A DNA stretch of 61,022 nt, counting the filler, from Circinaria calcarea (lineage: Eukaryota): assembly GCA_051942165.1 (NCBI GenBank). It is 6 parts of 6 records of this genome, joined end to end, with 100 filler letters (N's around TTAATTAATTAA, not from the genome) between each part and the next. Parts side by side here need not be neighbours in the genome. Positions count along the whole stretch, not along the records: positions 10,205 to 20,302 come from JAVECS010000847.1; positions 20,403 to 30,496 come from JAVECS010000848.1; 4 more parts are not named here. One strand, given 5' to 3'. Both the position numbers and the translations under genes were made by a program. The notes beneath the pieces are model-generated. The model did no database searches. It worked only from the letters and a program-made list of their open reading frames with translations, and was not told where the DNA came from. The stretch's first letter is position 1, and each line of letters begins with the position of its first letter. Shown one piece after another: positions 12,763 through 24,089 of the stretch.

Positions 12763-13340
12763 TGTGCTTTTTAAAACATCGAATACCAGGTCGTCTGTTT
12801 CAAACTATGAAGACAGAAACAGCCATGTCTCTATTATGAATCGTAAGGAGAAGAGTCAGCCATCCTGCTTAATTCACAGCGAAGAGGAGTGCGATGTGTA
12901 TATGCAGTAGAGTTATTGACCTTGAATGCGATCTTTTTATATGAATCTGACAGTAACTTGAACAGCTGAATTAAATTCAAGTAGCAAGTATGGAGTAAGA
13001 TACGTAATGAGATTTGACCCGCAATAAACGGGAGAGAATCGCTCTCACGTGATTTGATTTTCACACACCATGTGACTTATCGATTGATCGACAGACCACA
13101 CGGCGCGTACGGAGTTGTGTAATTGGCCACGCAGATACAGCACCACGTCTCTAAATATTGACTAAACGCCAGACAATGAATCGATGTCTTCCATTGGGTG
13201 AATTTTTGTGACACGACCGGGTGGTGGCTGGGAGTGCTTTCTCTTCTTTATAGTGTTTTCATGTTATCAGTGCCCCAATTCTCGACACCATTGTCGATAT
13301 TCTTTTTGTTATTCTCATACTGCTTTTGCATATTATCAAG

Positions 13341-15024
13341 ATGGCAGAACAAAAGGTAGCCAATGCAATTCTCTATTTTCGACCTCAGACAGAGCAAGCT
13401 ATCGCTGTGCTAGATCTTGAAGACAATACGCCTTACGTGCAACCAATACCTCCCCCTTCTGAACCCGCTGATATCCGTCTCATCGACATCCCCAACCCAC
13501 TTTCCACAACTCACCTTTCTCCTCACGACAACGTACAGAATCGTAAAAGCATTTCTCGGGAAAGTACACCTGGCCTCAATGATGTCCACCCCCGAGTGCT
13601 TCGGTTCGGATTTGATACCAATCAAAAGCAACCTAAAAGAGGATTTATGATCGGGTCTGGACCTGACTCTGATATCAAATTACCGTACTATAGCGAGAAG
13701 CAGCAGGTCGACGAGGGATATTATTTCCGAATCCACTACAATTTCAATAGTGGGGCTTTATTGCTGACCGCGATGGAGAGAATACAAGTTGGGCTCATAG
13801 AGCTTCTTAAACATCAATCCATGCTTTTCATGACGGGCACAAGAATTCGCTGTGGCCGCCGTTTTCGTAGTTATATTCTTGAATTTATTGTTGAATTTCC
13901 AGATCTGCAAGAATGCGCCGAAGAGCATGAACGCAATTATCAACAATACATGACGGCTATTGGCCTCCCCAATACGCCATATATGGCCACCTCTCAAGAT
14001 GAAGACCCACCAATTGGCTATGTCCACAAAAGCAAAGCCTTGCTTGGCAAGGGCTCCTTTGGAGAGGTCCATAAAGTTGTGAATACCAGGACCGGGGAAT
14101 TATGTGCTATCAAGGTGTTGTCAAAAGTAGACATAGATAAATCGACAGAGGGTCAGGTGCATGAGGCGAAAATGCTGAGTGTACTCTCTCATGTAAGCCA
14201 TGTATTCCTATCCAATCTCCTCTACTGACTTGCCAAAGCCGAACATCATTCAGTACCACGATGCTTTTGCATTCAAGGGTCAGGCGTGCATCGTCATGGA
14301 GCTCGCAGCCAATGATCTTCTCAAACATCGAGATGCCAGAAAACATGACAAGCGCAGGTCCTTTCTATCCTCACCATGCGTTCGATCTGTCGGCCGGCAA
14401 GTTTTATCGGCCATTGAGTACCTCCACGCTCAAGGCATTACGCATCGTGACTTGAAGCCTGAGAATATTCTGGTGACAAAATGGGACCCAAAAACTGATC
14501 TTCCCACCATCAAGCTTGCAGACTTTGGTTTGGCGAGTCGAAATCTCAAGCATACTACGTTCTGTGGCACTAAAGGCTGGCTAGCCCCCGAAATCGAGCA
14601 AGCCATGGCGAGGGAAAAGATTCGGAAGCGGGATGATATCGGGATGAAAACAGTCCCATTTCGTTATAATAATTCTGTTGATATTTGGGCACTGGGCAAG
14701 ATCTTGGCATTCTTCCTCGATGATATTCCAAATGATCGTGAAAATGTTTCTAAAGTGCCCGGGTTTCGCCTGATCGATAAAATGATGCGAGAGGCCCCAG
14801 AACAGCGACCGACGGCCTCTCAGTGCTTAGAGGATCCTTGGATGATTTCAGATAATGGTTTCAGTAACTCCTTAGCCACAAAACGCGACAGATCAGCAAC
14901 GCCAACTTCAAGCATTGCGCAACCAAATAAGAAAGTTCTCCACGACACATTCGATACCGACGAAGTGTCAACGAATATTCTCATGGGCCAGATGTGGTCG
15001 GATCGGAGTTTAGGCAGAGCATAA
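13341..15024 (+). CDS. Ser/Thr protein kinase with a degenerate FHA-like N-terminal domain
   Basis: GFMIGSGPDSDIKL...YFRIHYNFNSGALLL (FHA-like); GKGSFG, AIK, HRDLKPEN, DFG, APE, DIWALG; intron 14193-14238. Confidence 0.9.
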
Positions 15025-16342
15025 ATATATCATCCTGGATAGCTGGTCTATCATAAAATTTGATTGGATTTTTTGGTGTAGTATGGTGTTTAAGGAGATT
15101 ATAATATCTCTGGTTCCGATTAAAAATCATAAAGTAGTAGCGATAAAAATTCCTAGGTGTATAATTACATCCGCTTCGTTACCAGCCTCCTTATAACTCT
15201 TATTTGAACAACAGCTGACGATAAAAGCCTTTAGCTTTTTATAATATCGATCTCCTGAAATCCAAAGTAGCATGTTCTTCTGTTAGCGATCGCAGTTTAG
15301 AAACACGTTTATGGGTCAGAACGTTCATGTCAGTATCATGTACCGTTATCTGTTCCCCCTTCCCCGTGTACTTCACCGCTATTCACTCAACCTCGGACGG
15401 ATAGAGCAATCAAAAAGGAGACTTTGAGAAGTCCTCCAAACACCTCGTTTCCGAACTTTGAAGTTGAAGAAGCAAGTAGACAACATTAGCCGGGGTATTA
15501 AACACTCGTGGAGGGAGAACTTGAATCCGGGAGATAGACTGAAAGAGCCCGTGCTTTCCTTGTCACTGCTAAGTTACCCGGTCTCCAGTTCATCAAGGTA
15601 GTAACTGTTTCAAGCTCCCACCTACTGTGTACCGCTGTTGAATACAAAAATAACATAGGCAATGAAAGCCGAGCTCGAAGTAGCTAGTTCAGCTCCTACT
15701 TGCTGCGCTCCGCCTAGGTACGGGCTTATTCCTACGTACTTTATCTTACTCACTCGCTACTCCGAAGCGGCTATACTCCCTTACCAGAACGAAACCGATA
15801 ACCCATGAATGCAGGTTCGGGGTTATATAACATATATATATATAAGTATTCAGCTTTTATTCCTCCGTAAACCCTTTATTACATATGACCAAAGGAACTC
15901 TGAATCATTACTTACTTAGGTACGCCGAATTCGCACGTCATTTTCAGGAGATACTTGCTTTGACTGATCCTTTGACCAACGCAGGAGAGACATGCCCTAA
16001 GACATCACAGTTTCCGTATCTTCATGTACAGAGATCAAAATTTGGTACCACAAATGCATCCAGTAAATAAATTCCAACATCGCAGCAAGTGAATGCACAA
16101 CTTCATTCTCAAACCCCTGGAAGCCCAAATACTACCTTAAGCCCCCCCGCTTTAGGCCTATTATATCCCACCCCTACCCTAGAGACTAACTCCTCCGGGC
16201 TGCAGCCCGCCCTAAAACCAGTGAATCTAATCTCAGCCGTAGATCATCCCGCTTTGCCCAAAACACAAATGTCCATATATCAACCTTCCTCCTCTCCAGC
16301 CCCTTCTCTAACTCCCCAATCGTACAAATCAAAAAGCAGTAA

Positions 16343-16752
16343 ATGCCCCCCGCCTTCTCCCTAACATCCCGAACCGCAATCCGCCACCTCCTGCGCCTCA
16401 CGCTATTCGCCCTCATCACCATCGCCGTCTGGTCGTCGCTGCTCGCGCCAAAGCAGCCGGCCCCTTCCCTTTCCCCCTCGGAAAGAGAAGATCCGTCCTC
16501 CCTCCGATCTTCCTCCTCGGAAGGCAGATATCTCTACGGCGCTCTCCCAGAAACAGGAGGAGAGGAGAGGGGCAATGCGCTTGTGGTCGCGAGTCTGCGG
16601 GGGGAGGACACGACGTGGCTGGATCGGGTGGAGAATGTGAGGGGCTGGGAGAGGGTAGTGTATGTGGTGAATGGGGGTTCTACGGATATGGGGAAAGGGA
16701 GAGGGCAAGGAGGGGGAGAGTTCAGGGTACCGCGGAATAAGGGAAGGGAGGG
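16343..16752 (+). pseudogene. 5' fragment of a DUF3431-type membrane-anchored protein
   Basis: N-terminal TM helix, then ALVVAS..EDTTWL...VYVV...VPRNKGREG; the expected downstream conserved block is not visible in the contig. Confidence 0.55.
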
Positions 16753-17379
16753 GGCATTTACTTGTTTTCTTTTTCGCTTTTTATGGGATCTGCACGGTTG
16801 GGAGTGTTGAATGGAGGGTTAAAGGTGGAGAGGGGGGGAGGATGAGGGGAGTTGATATCGTGGACATTTGTGTTTGGTGTCCTAGAGGATTGATGACCTA
16901 CGGCTGACATTCACTGGTTAAGAACGATAGGGCCGGGGGCTGCTACAGCCTGTAGGAGTTTCGTACTCCCGGGTACTAATACTAGGGTAGGTGTGTGTGG
17001 CATCGGTCCTGAAACCGGGGTCGGGTGGGGGTTTTAGGGTAGTACAGTATTTTGGGCGTCGTCGAGGTTTGAAGATGGAAGTTGTTCATACTCTGTACTG
17101 CGATGTCTAGAATCTCTGTACGGGATGCCACTTGTGTTATCAAATCTTATTCCTTTTGTATATGAAGATTTGTAATTGTAAGGCTTGAGGGCATTGTCAC
17201 TCGTGCGTTGTGGTGAAAGGATCAGTCAAAGCAAGTTATTTCTATCCTGGTTGTTAGATAATCCATCTGCTATACCTGACACGAATGCCAGAAATCCCAT
17301 AGCACATGAGCGCAGCATTGTAGCATTCCCTGTATGCCACTACGTATCAAACCTATTATACCTACCTGTTATTAAACCT

Positions 17380-18598
17380 AGATGAGAGCCTGTGCTCCAT
17401 TTTCTGCATCGTAGTCAAGCAGCAGTTCCTTTTCTCATGGTAGCAATGCTCATCCTTTGATCCATTCTCGTTCCTCCTCTCCAGATCTTTGGTGTATTCA
17501 CCAGCTCTCTAGCCCACCACTCCTAAGCTCTTCTAAAGTCTGACAACCTCTCCATTTTGTGATGCGGCCGTGTCCCGAGATACTCCAAGTCCGCCTACTT
17601 CTCTCGACCCGTAACAACATATGTAAATAGGCCTCTACTCCTGTAGGTTGAGGGATTGCATCAACCACATCTGCAACGTCACTCTTCTGCTTCGATCCGC
17701 GACTGAAGCAGTTCATCCATAACCTCCTCATGCCCTTTTGCAACGATGACCGTATAAACTTCCCGCCTCCTTTCCGTACTATTTAATTAGGCGTTCGAAC
17801 CAAGTTGAACGTCTTACCATTCTCGTGACGCACGATTAAAACGTCCCCTGCTGATCATCATCCCGGTTTTGCCGACAGGTAGTAAAAGGCCAATTTCCCC
17901 CAGACTCATGATATCCTACTTCGCAGGCATCGTCCACATCAGCGATGTAGATCACCTCGAGCGCTGCTCTGACGGCTGCACAGGCTTCTGCCATATTGCG
18001 GAACGTTCCGAAAAATCGCTCTTCGGCCACCATGGTTGTCTCCGTCAATTCGATCAATGATAGCTCCATCTCTAAAGCTGTTGCTCGAACGTGCGTTCCT
18101 TGGATACAAGGTTGAGATTGGTCAAGCAAGGCTGGCACGGACTAGGAGCTGGGTTGGCACGGTTCGGTCTGCCAGAGCAACAGCTTAAGAAATCACGCTT
18201 TCGAACAGGTCTTTGGCGTCTTTGGTGAGATGGAAAAATCTGGAAGCAGGCGCTGTTGCGAAAGATTTAGAACGACTCAATGCAACATCCGAAGATTTGG
18301 GGATTTCTGTAGAGAGGAGCGTCGAGCTTGCGCGTAGGCAGCTCGTCTCATTGACTGGTCGCCTTGCAGGCGTCGTTTAAGATGGAAAGGCGGTAATGGT
18401 CAAAATTAAGCCGATTAAAGTACAAACGCATCTTTCCAGCGATATTCCCTCTCCTATGTCTAATTTAGGAGGGTTTCCAACGTGCATCGACTCCTCTGTT
18501 CTATCGACTCCTTCGTCGTACTCGGCTTCCTCCGAGTCCCTTGCCCCCAGCAATGGAGATGTCTCGCTATGGGTGGGAGACGATGCATCCGACGCCAT
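17380..18598 (-). pseudogene. Possible decayed ankyrin-repeat gene
   Basis: Scattered ankyrin-like peptides in different frames (VAKGHEEVMDELL, TAASQNGEVVRL*, KELLLDYDAE) broken by stops. Confidence 0.3.
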
Positions 18599-20042
18599 GT
18601 TCCTTGAATTAATTAGCAGGACATTAATGTTGTAAAGCGAACTTGGTCTGGCATACTCTATATTAGGTCTGGTGGCAGTATTTGGCCGTTAGCCGTGCAA
18701 GCTCGGCGTTGAGCCGGGAAATGTCTAGCCCGGCCTCTTTCTGAGTCTTTGCACGCCCAGCTGCAAAACCCTTTTCATAAGGCGTTCTCCGCTCGTTCTC
18801 TTCTTATTCTTCCTCCTTTTTTCTCCCCCCTTATAGTCCTTTCCTTTCATCTATTCTCCTCTTCGCCTTCCCTTGTCACCTTTCCAGCGTCTCCCATCTC
18901 CTCGTCCTCCATTATCCCCTCTTTTCCTTCCCCCACAGCCTCGATCGGATTCCTCTACTTTCCCTCTTCTTCTCAACTCTCCCAGCTTTCACGCCTTTGG
19001 GTTTCGGCGGGGCTTTGTGATGGCGGGCTTTCTTTTAGGAGGAGGAGGAGTGGCCGGTGCAGCGCCATCGTGGTAGTGGGTATGAACATGGAACTTGCCT
19101 GCCTCCTGTGTTCCTGATAGGAAATTGAGTCGCTATGCCCCTGGGCTACTGCTCCCATCTTGGCTGGCTGCGTCCTTGATCGGCTTGGAGTCTGCTGACG
19201 TGGTAGCGCGATGTTTCTTGTTGTGGTTCCTGTTGAATCTATAATAGCGCTGGACTCACTCAGTAACCAGCATCGAGCCATTTACGTGTTTTATACGGAG
19301 TAAATAAGCGAGAATTGCGCATTTGCGCTTGGCGAAAAGGTTGGTTAATCAAATTCCCCGCCGTAGATACTCGCCTAATACAACCCCCTAAAACTGTGAT
19401 GAGACCTTCAACTACGGGGAGCCTTGAGCCTACCGTTAACGAACCTAACAGCCCCCCACGTTGCCTTTCCAGACTGAAGCTAGCCCCATAAAGAAAGCTA
19501 CAGTAGCGCGTACTTCCCTATCCCATTTTCGTACTCCGTAAAACAAAATCCACTTTGACTATAACGAATAGACACCAGCCGACCCATTTGGACATGACGT
19601 GACGCTTCACCAACATTTACGAACCCCTATTTGCCGAGAAGGTACATGTAGCTCTGGAGCGTGCACAATCTAGTATATCGCTCGTACTCGTACCAACCCT
19701 GCTCGAACCCAGTTCCATAACCCGTAGTCGAGGAACACACGGTTCGGGCTGGGCCGACCAAGCACTAGCCTAGGGGGAGATGTCACTTCGGGTTCATCGT
19801 TGGGTGTGGATAGCATCTTTTGCAGCCGTCAACGTCCGAGCTCCAAGAAATGAATATGTTCGAGTCGGCCTAAGCTACACTCGTACATGAGCAGTGCGTC
19901 AGAATAACAGAGTCTCGAAATCACGGGGAATTTGAGATACGGCGGAAATGCTTAAAAGACATTCGAATATACAGCATCTAAGTAATCTACGTTCTTCCCA
20001 GCCCGAACCCCATAGCACCCATGTCCATTATTCACAAATACT

Positions 20043-20302
20043 CTACGGGTTCTCCTTGACGAATTTCACACCTACACGCGAGTTAGAATATAACACTCAA
20101 GTCTCCGGAAGGCCTACCTTTCTCAATATTCTTCTTCAGATCCCCCAAACAGGCGTCAAGTAGTCCCTGCTCAAACTGTGAGATCTTTCCAACCGGATGA
20201 ATCGTCTGAACGCCGTCCGGACCCAATTCAACTTTTGAAGCAAAGAAATCCACACCCTGGTCTTTGTAAAGCGGGCTGTCGACGAATGTGGGTTCGATGA
20301 CT
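20043..20302 (-). CDS. MDH1: Malate dehydrogenase, 3' end only (mitochondrial-type; not in the ORF track)
   Basis: [62 protein letters not shown] / intron 20072-20117 / VKFVKENP*. Confidence 0.9.
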
Positions 20303-20402
20303 NNNNNNNNNNNNNNNNNNNNNNNNNNNNNNNNNNNNNNNNNNNNTTAATTAATTAANNNNNNNNNNNNNNNNNNNNNNNNNNNNNNNNNNNNNNNNNN
20401 NN
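20303..20402. other. Artificial contig linker
   Basis: N44-TTAATTAATTAA-N44. Confidence 0.99.
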
Positions 20403-21253
20403 AATGTTGGCAGGGGGAATGAACTCAGCACAGGTGACCCACGAACAATACGTTCGGTCGGGCGTGTTCCACTCAATTGACTTCGCCTGGAATATTGTTA
20501 CAAACTCTTTGGTAAAGAATACATTCGCGCTCGCAATTGGTATTGGTCGTTGACAACATCGAGGAGGGAACAGAGACTCGTCACGAGTCGCCAAGAAGAA
20601 TAGCTGTCTGATACAGTTGCTGCAGTAGTCATGTCCGCAAGGGGCGTACACCGCCGCGAAGAAGGCCACTTGCTCGCTGCAAGAAACACAAGTTTTCTTA
20701 ACGCCAATAACTACGTCTTCTTCTTTTAGTGCACGTATTCGCCTGAGCTCTTGACCCAGTGTAAGTCGTGGTCTTGGGTTTAACTCGACCGGGGGAGCTG
20801 TCGTGGTGTTCAAGCTTGCAAAACGGCCCATGATGAAATCATTTGTCTCGTCCGTAAGGTCAATGACAGGAGCTGCTATCGGTGCATCTCGACAGCCTCC
20901 TATGCGTAAGGCTTCTCTCCGATCGTTGATAGCTATGTTCTCTTCTCTTCGAGCTTGCCAGAGAGCTTCACCGTCAATTTGAACAGCAGACGCAATGCTG
21001 CGTCCGAGGCGTGCATCTCGAAGAGCTCGTAGTCGTCTTATGAGTTCGTTGCGATAGGCGATGAGTGCTATGTAGCCATCCGGCGGAGTTGTTCGATTCT
21101 TGCCCTCTTTTGGCACGTCAAGGATGGCGTTCAGGTCCTATTTGTCCCATTTAGGAGTGGATTGAACCGAGGAGGGCAAGCCGCGTAGGTGATATGAGAG
21201 CTGCTTACCTTCAATTGCAGGGAGAGAACGAGGTCCGCACTAGCATCATCCAT
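20403..21253 (-). CDS. RBR (RING-IBR-RING) E3 ubiquitin ligase, 5' part (truncated by contig end)
   Basis: MDDASADLVLSLQLK / intron 21138-21208 / DLNA...; RING1 CVSC..APCGHDYCSNC..ESLFPPRCC; IBR start RTYCSWVTCAEFIPP. Confidence 0.9.
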
Positions 21254-21357
21254 CGGGGCACTTGTGAATCTGTGTTGATGATTTCAATTGGTTAGGTCAT
21301 CAAGGTGAATCAGAATCAGATGTAAACTTAAGCGAAGAAAACCCTAACTTGGGGTCC

Positions 21358-22034
21358 CACTGTATGCACACCCCAATTACCCTAACTACACAACCTGATA
21401 AAGCAATAAAGTCTTTTTTTATTTTTTTTAGAGGTATATCGAGGGTCAGGGTCAGTGCTACACGTGATCGGGGACAGAATTAAAATCGTTTATTCCGTGC
21501 CAAGAACAGTTGCAACAAAGCAATATACCATATTTCGGGTCCAGGTCAGCGAGCGACATGTGAAAGGTTCTCGAAAAACCTAAAAAATCAGCGAAATTTC
21601 CACGTCGCGGCGCATCTTTTTTTATATAGATGTAACAATAAAGCTTCTAAAATCACTAAAATTTACATGCCAAAATCATGGATTTCGGGCGTGAAATGAA
21701 AATCGATTTTTTTTTAGGATTACGCCCGTATGGTAGGACTAGAAATTTTACGCTTCCGTAGATTATATACTACACTGCAACTACTTTCACGACTGTTATA
21801 TCACTGATTTCCAGCCTCAAACCATGTAAAGAAAGGATTTTATTTGAGCCATATTTTAAATTGATAGCGGATTTATAAGCGGCGTCATTTTTAATGTATT
21901 TTAATCACATACGAGCGAGGTATATTGATATATAACACGTTTCTCTAAACCACTAATTTTATTGACTAATCGGAGGGTGTGTAGCTATGGTAATTGGGGT
22001 GTGCTTGCAGGTACTAGGGGGTATGCACACAGTG
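21358..22034. mobile_element. Non-autonomous DNA transposon (677 bp) with CAC...GTG termini
   Basis: Ends CACTGTATGCACACCCC and revcomp CACTGTGTGCATACCCC match 15/17; inner inverted block 21366-21395 vs 21975-22004 matches 27/30; AT-rich non-coding interior. Confidence 0.8.
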
Positions 22035-22159
22035 AACCCGCTAACTTGCAAGTCTGGTCTAATCGGTCAATACAGGTGCATTATTAGCTCTCTCAGGAAT
22101 TATCGCAACAGATATTGTCTTTTCAAGACATTTATGACTCTCGCTGACCATCTGACAGG

Positions 22160-23321
22160 TTATACCTCAGTAAAGTCCAGACCTCCGGCATCAAAGTCCA
22201 ACTTCATAGACTCATTCAGTCCACAAATCTCAAACAGCTTCAATGGTGTCAAGTCCTTGCCAGTCCCAACTACCCCCTCACGTTTGAGTCTCTCGAATGT
22301 ATTTCTGATGGCAGTGTAAGCTGGAGCCAGCGCTGCAAATGAAAAGATCATGATCTTGAAGCCAAAGTCACGCGCTTCATCCACTGTGATGACCGGGGTG
22401 GCTCCGTTCTCAACCATGTTAAGCAACAGAGGCCACGGTGCCAAATCGATGACGGCCAACCTAGCCATTTCCTTCGAGGTATAGCCCTCGAGCAATCCGA
22501 CATCGGCACCCAAATCTCTCGCAGCTTTGAGACGATTGATACACTCCTGGTATCCGAGTGTCTGGAGTGCGTCGGTACGGGCGATAATGACGATATCCGA
22601 CTTTAGCTTGTTTTTGGCACCAACAGCAGCTCGTATGCGGGAGAGGAATGTCGCCGCATCAACTACCTTCTTTCCCTTGAGATGACCACATCGCTTGGTT
22701 TGAACCTGGTCTTCAATGTGAAAGCCAGCAACACCGGCACGAATATACTGCTGGACAGAGTTGGCAACCATGATCGGACCTTGGAAGTGTCAACAGGTCG
22801 TCTTGTTACTATGCATGAGTGAAAAGGAAGGGTTATCTTACCACCGTAACCAGTGTCCATGTCCGCAATAAGAGGCGGGCCATGAGGGTCCAGGTTGGCA
22901 ATCATCTCAGCATGCTCCCTCATGTCGTGCAGCTGAGCGATTCCCAGATCTGCCATCCCCAAGCGTGAGGCTGTGGTACCGGCACCCGTCTAACCACTCA
23001 GATGTCAACAAGAATTCCAGCTGTAACGAGAGAAGACCATACCATGTATAATGCCGAGAACCCTACAGAAAGAGCGATTCGTGCTGAGAAGCCGTCGTAC
23101 ACGCCTGGACAGACGATCAAGTTGTCTTCCTTCAAGAGCCGCTGAAGCTTGGTCGATCCAGAGATGGCAGCTTCATGGGTGTAAGACTTCGTTGCCTCTT
23201 GGATGGCAACTTGAGGGGTGTGACCGTTGGGTTTAGCATTAACGTGTGTCTTGGTGAGACCATTGCCGTTGGTATAGCTCATGGTGTCATTGTTCTCGAT
23301 CTGTGCAATTGAAGGAGTCAT
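22160..23321 (-). CDS. oahA: Oxaloacetate acetylhydrolase (PEP mutase / isocitrate lyase superfamily)
   Basis: PGVYDG, YMTGAG, IADMDTGYGG, HIEDQVQTKRCGHL, IIARTDA, LLNMVENG; MIFSFAALAPAY carries the Ser typical of OAH (Pro in 2,3-dimethylmalate lyase); two introns. Confidence 0.88.
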
Positions 23322-23712
23322 CTTGAGCCAATATTGTGGGGAAAGGGTCATGTAAATAGTGGTAGGGGAAAGAGTCTCGATGCCAGGGGCTTTGTAGATA
23401 TGAAAGCTGTGAAGAAGGAGAATCTTACAGACTTGAGCGGGACTTATATATTTTGAAAATACCACCCCCCTTTACAGTCACCTACCTGTGAATGACTTCA
23501 ATGCATACGGACTTCTCCGTCGATCTCGCTATGCTAACTCTTAGGTGGCTTCTCATCCATCCTATACTACCGTATGCAGATGATTCCATCTAATTCACTC
23601 CACCCAAATCTTCATTCATTTGCTTTGTCCCACCCATCCCGACTTTTCTCGATCCCTAGGGGATTCTCTGAACCACCCCCCTAAGCGCTCTGCACCGAGA
23701 AATGCTCGGAGG

Positions 23713-23793
23713 AGCCGAGATCCTTCCTGGGGAAGCCGATATCCTTCCCTGGGGAAGCCAAGATCCTTCCTGGGGAAGCCAAGCTCCTTCCTG
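23713..23793 (+). repeat. About 3.8 copies of a 21-bp tandem repeat in the oahA upstream region
   Basis: Unit approximately TCCTTCCTGGGGAAGCCRAGA, read directly from the sequence. Confidence 0.9.
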
Positions 23794-24089
23794 AATAATG
23801 CAAATCCGATTGGCAGGCACTGTCGTCTAATCCGAGCCGTTTCTGTAGTACTTTGAGTCCGAATCGCAATGTCTCTACTGAATCACGCGTTCAAACCCCA
23901 CGGATTGTTTGCCAAGGTGTGATCGTCTGATGCTTGCCAAGGTGATTGCCACCACGGTATCCACTCTAAGGACCTTGCCAAGAAGAGCCACTAGGAAGTG
24001 CTTATCATGTTGGTGTCTCTCCTGCATAATGACTTCAGCAAACGCCGTGCATGGGGAGGTCAGCCATATGGATTTTCACATGGGCCAGG
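23757..24089 (+). promoter_or_regulatory. Cluster of PacC consensus sites (GCCARG)
   Basis: GCCAAG at 23757, 23778, 23911, 23936, 23977; GCCAGG at 24084. Confidence 0.7.

Noticed and set aside
15060..15650. Possible spliced minus-strand gene relic
   Set aside because: Intron-like signals exist, but the peptides are stop-ridden and unassignable.
19741..20009. 13-bp inverted repeat GGTTCGGGCTGGG / CCCAGCCCGAACC
   Set aside because: Short, no TSD, and overlaps the malate dehydrogenase 3' region; may be chance.
21341..21386. Telomere-like CCCTAA motifs
   Set aside because: Only two isolated copies, not a tandem array.
20043..23321. Malate dehydrogenase near oahA as an oxaloacetate-supply cluster
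   Set aside because: They lie on different contigs separated by an artificial linker.
23713..23793. CRISPR-like array
   Set aside because: Units are contiguous with no unique spacers, the context is eukaryotic, and there are no cas genes.
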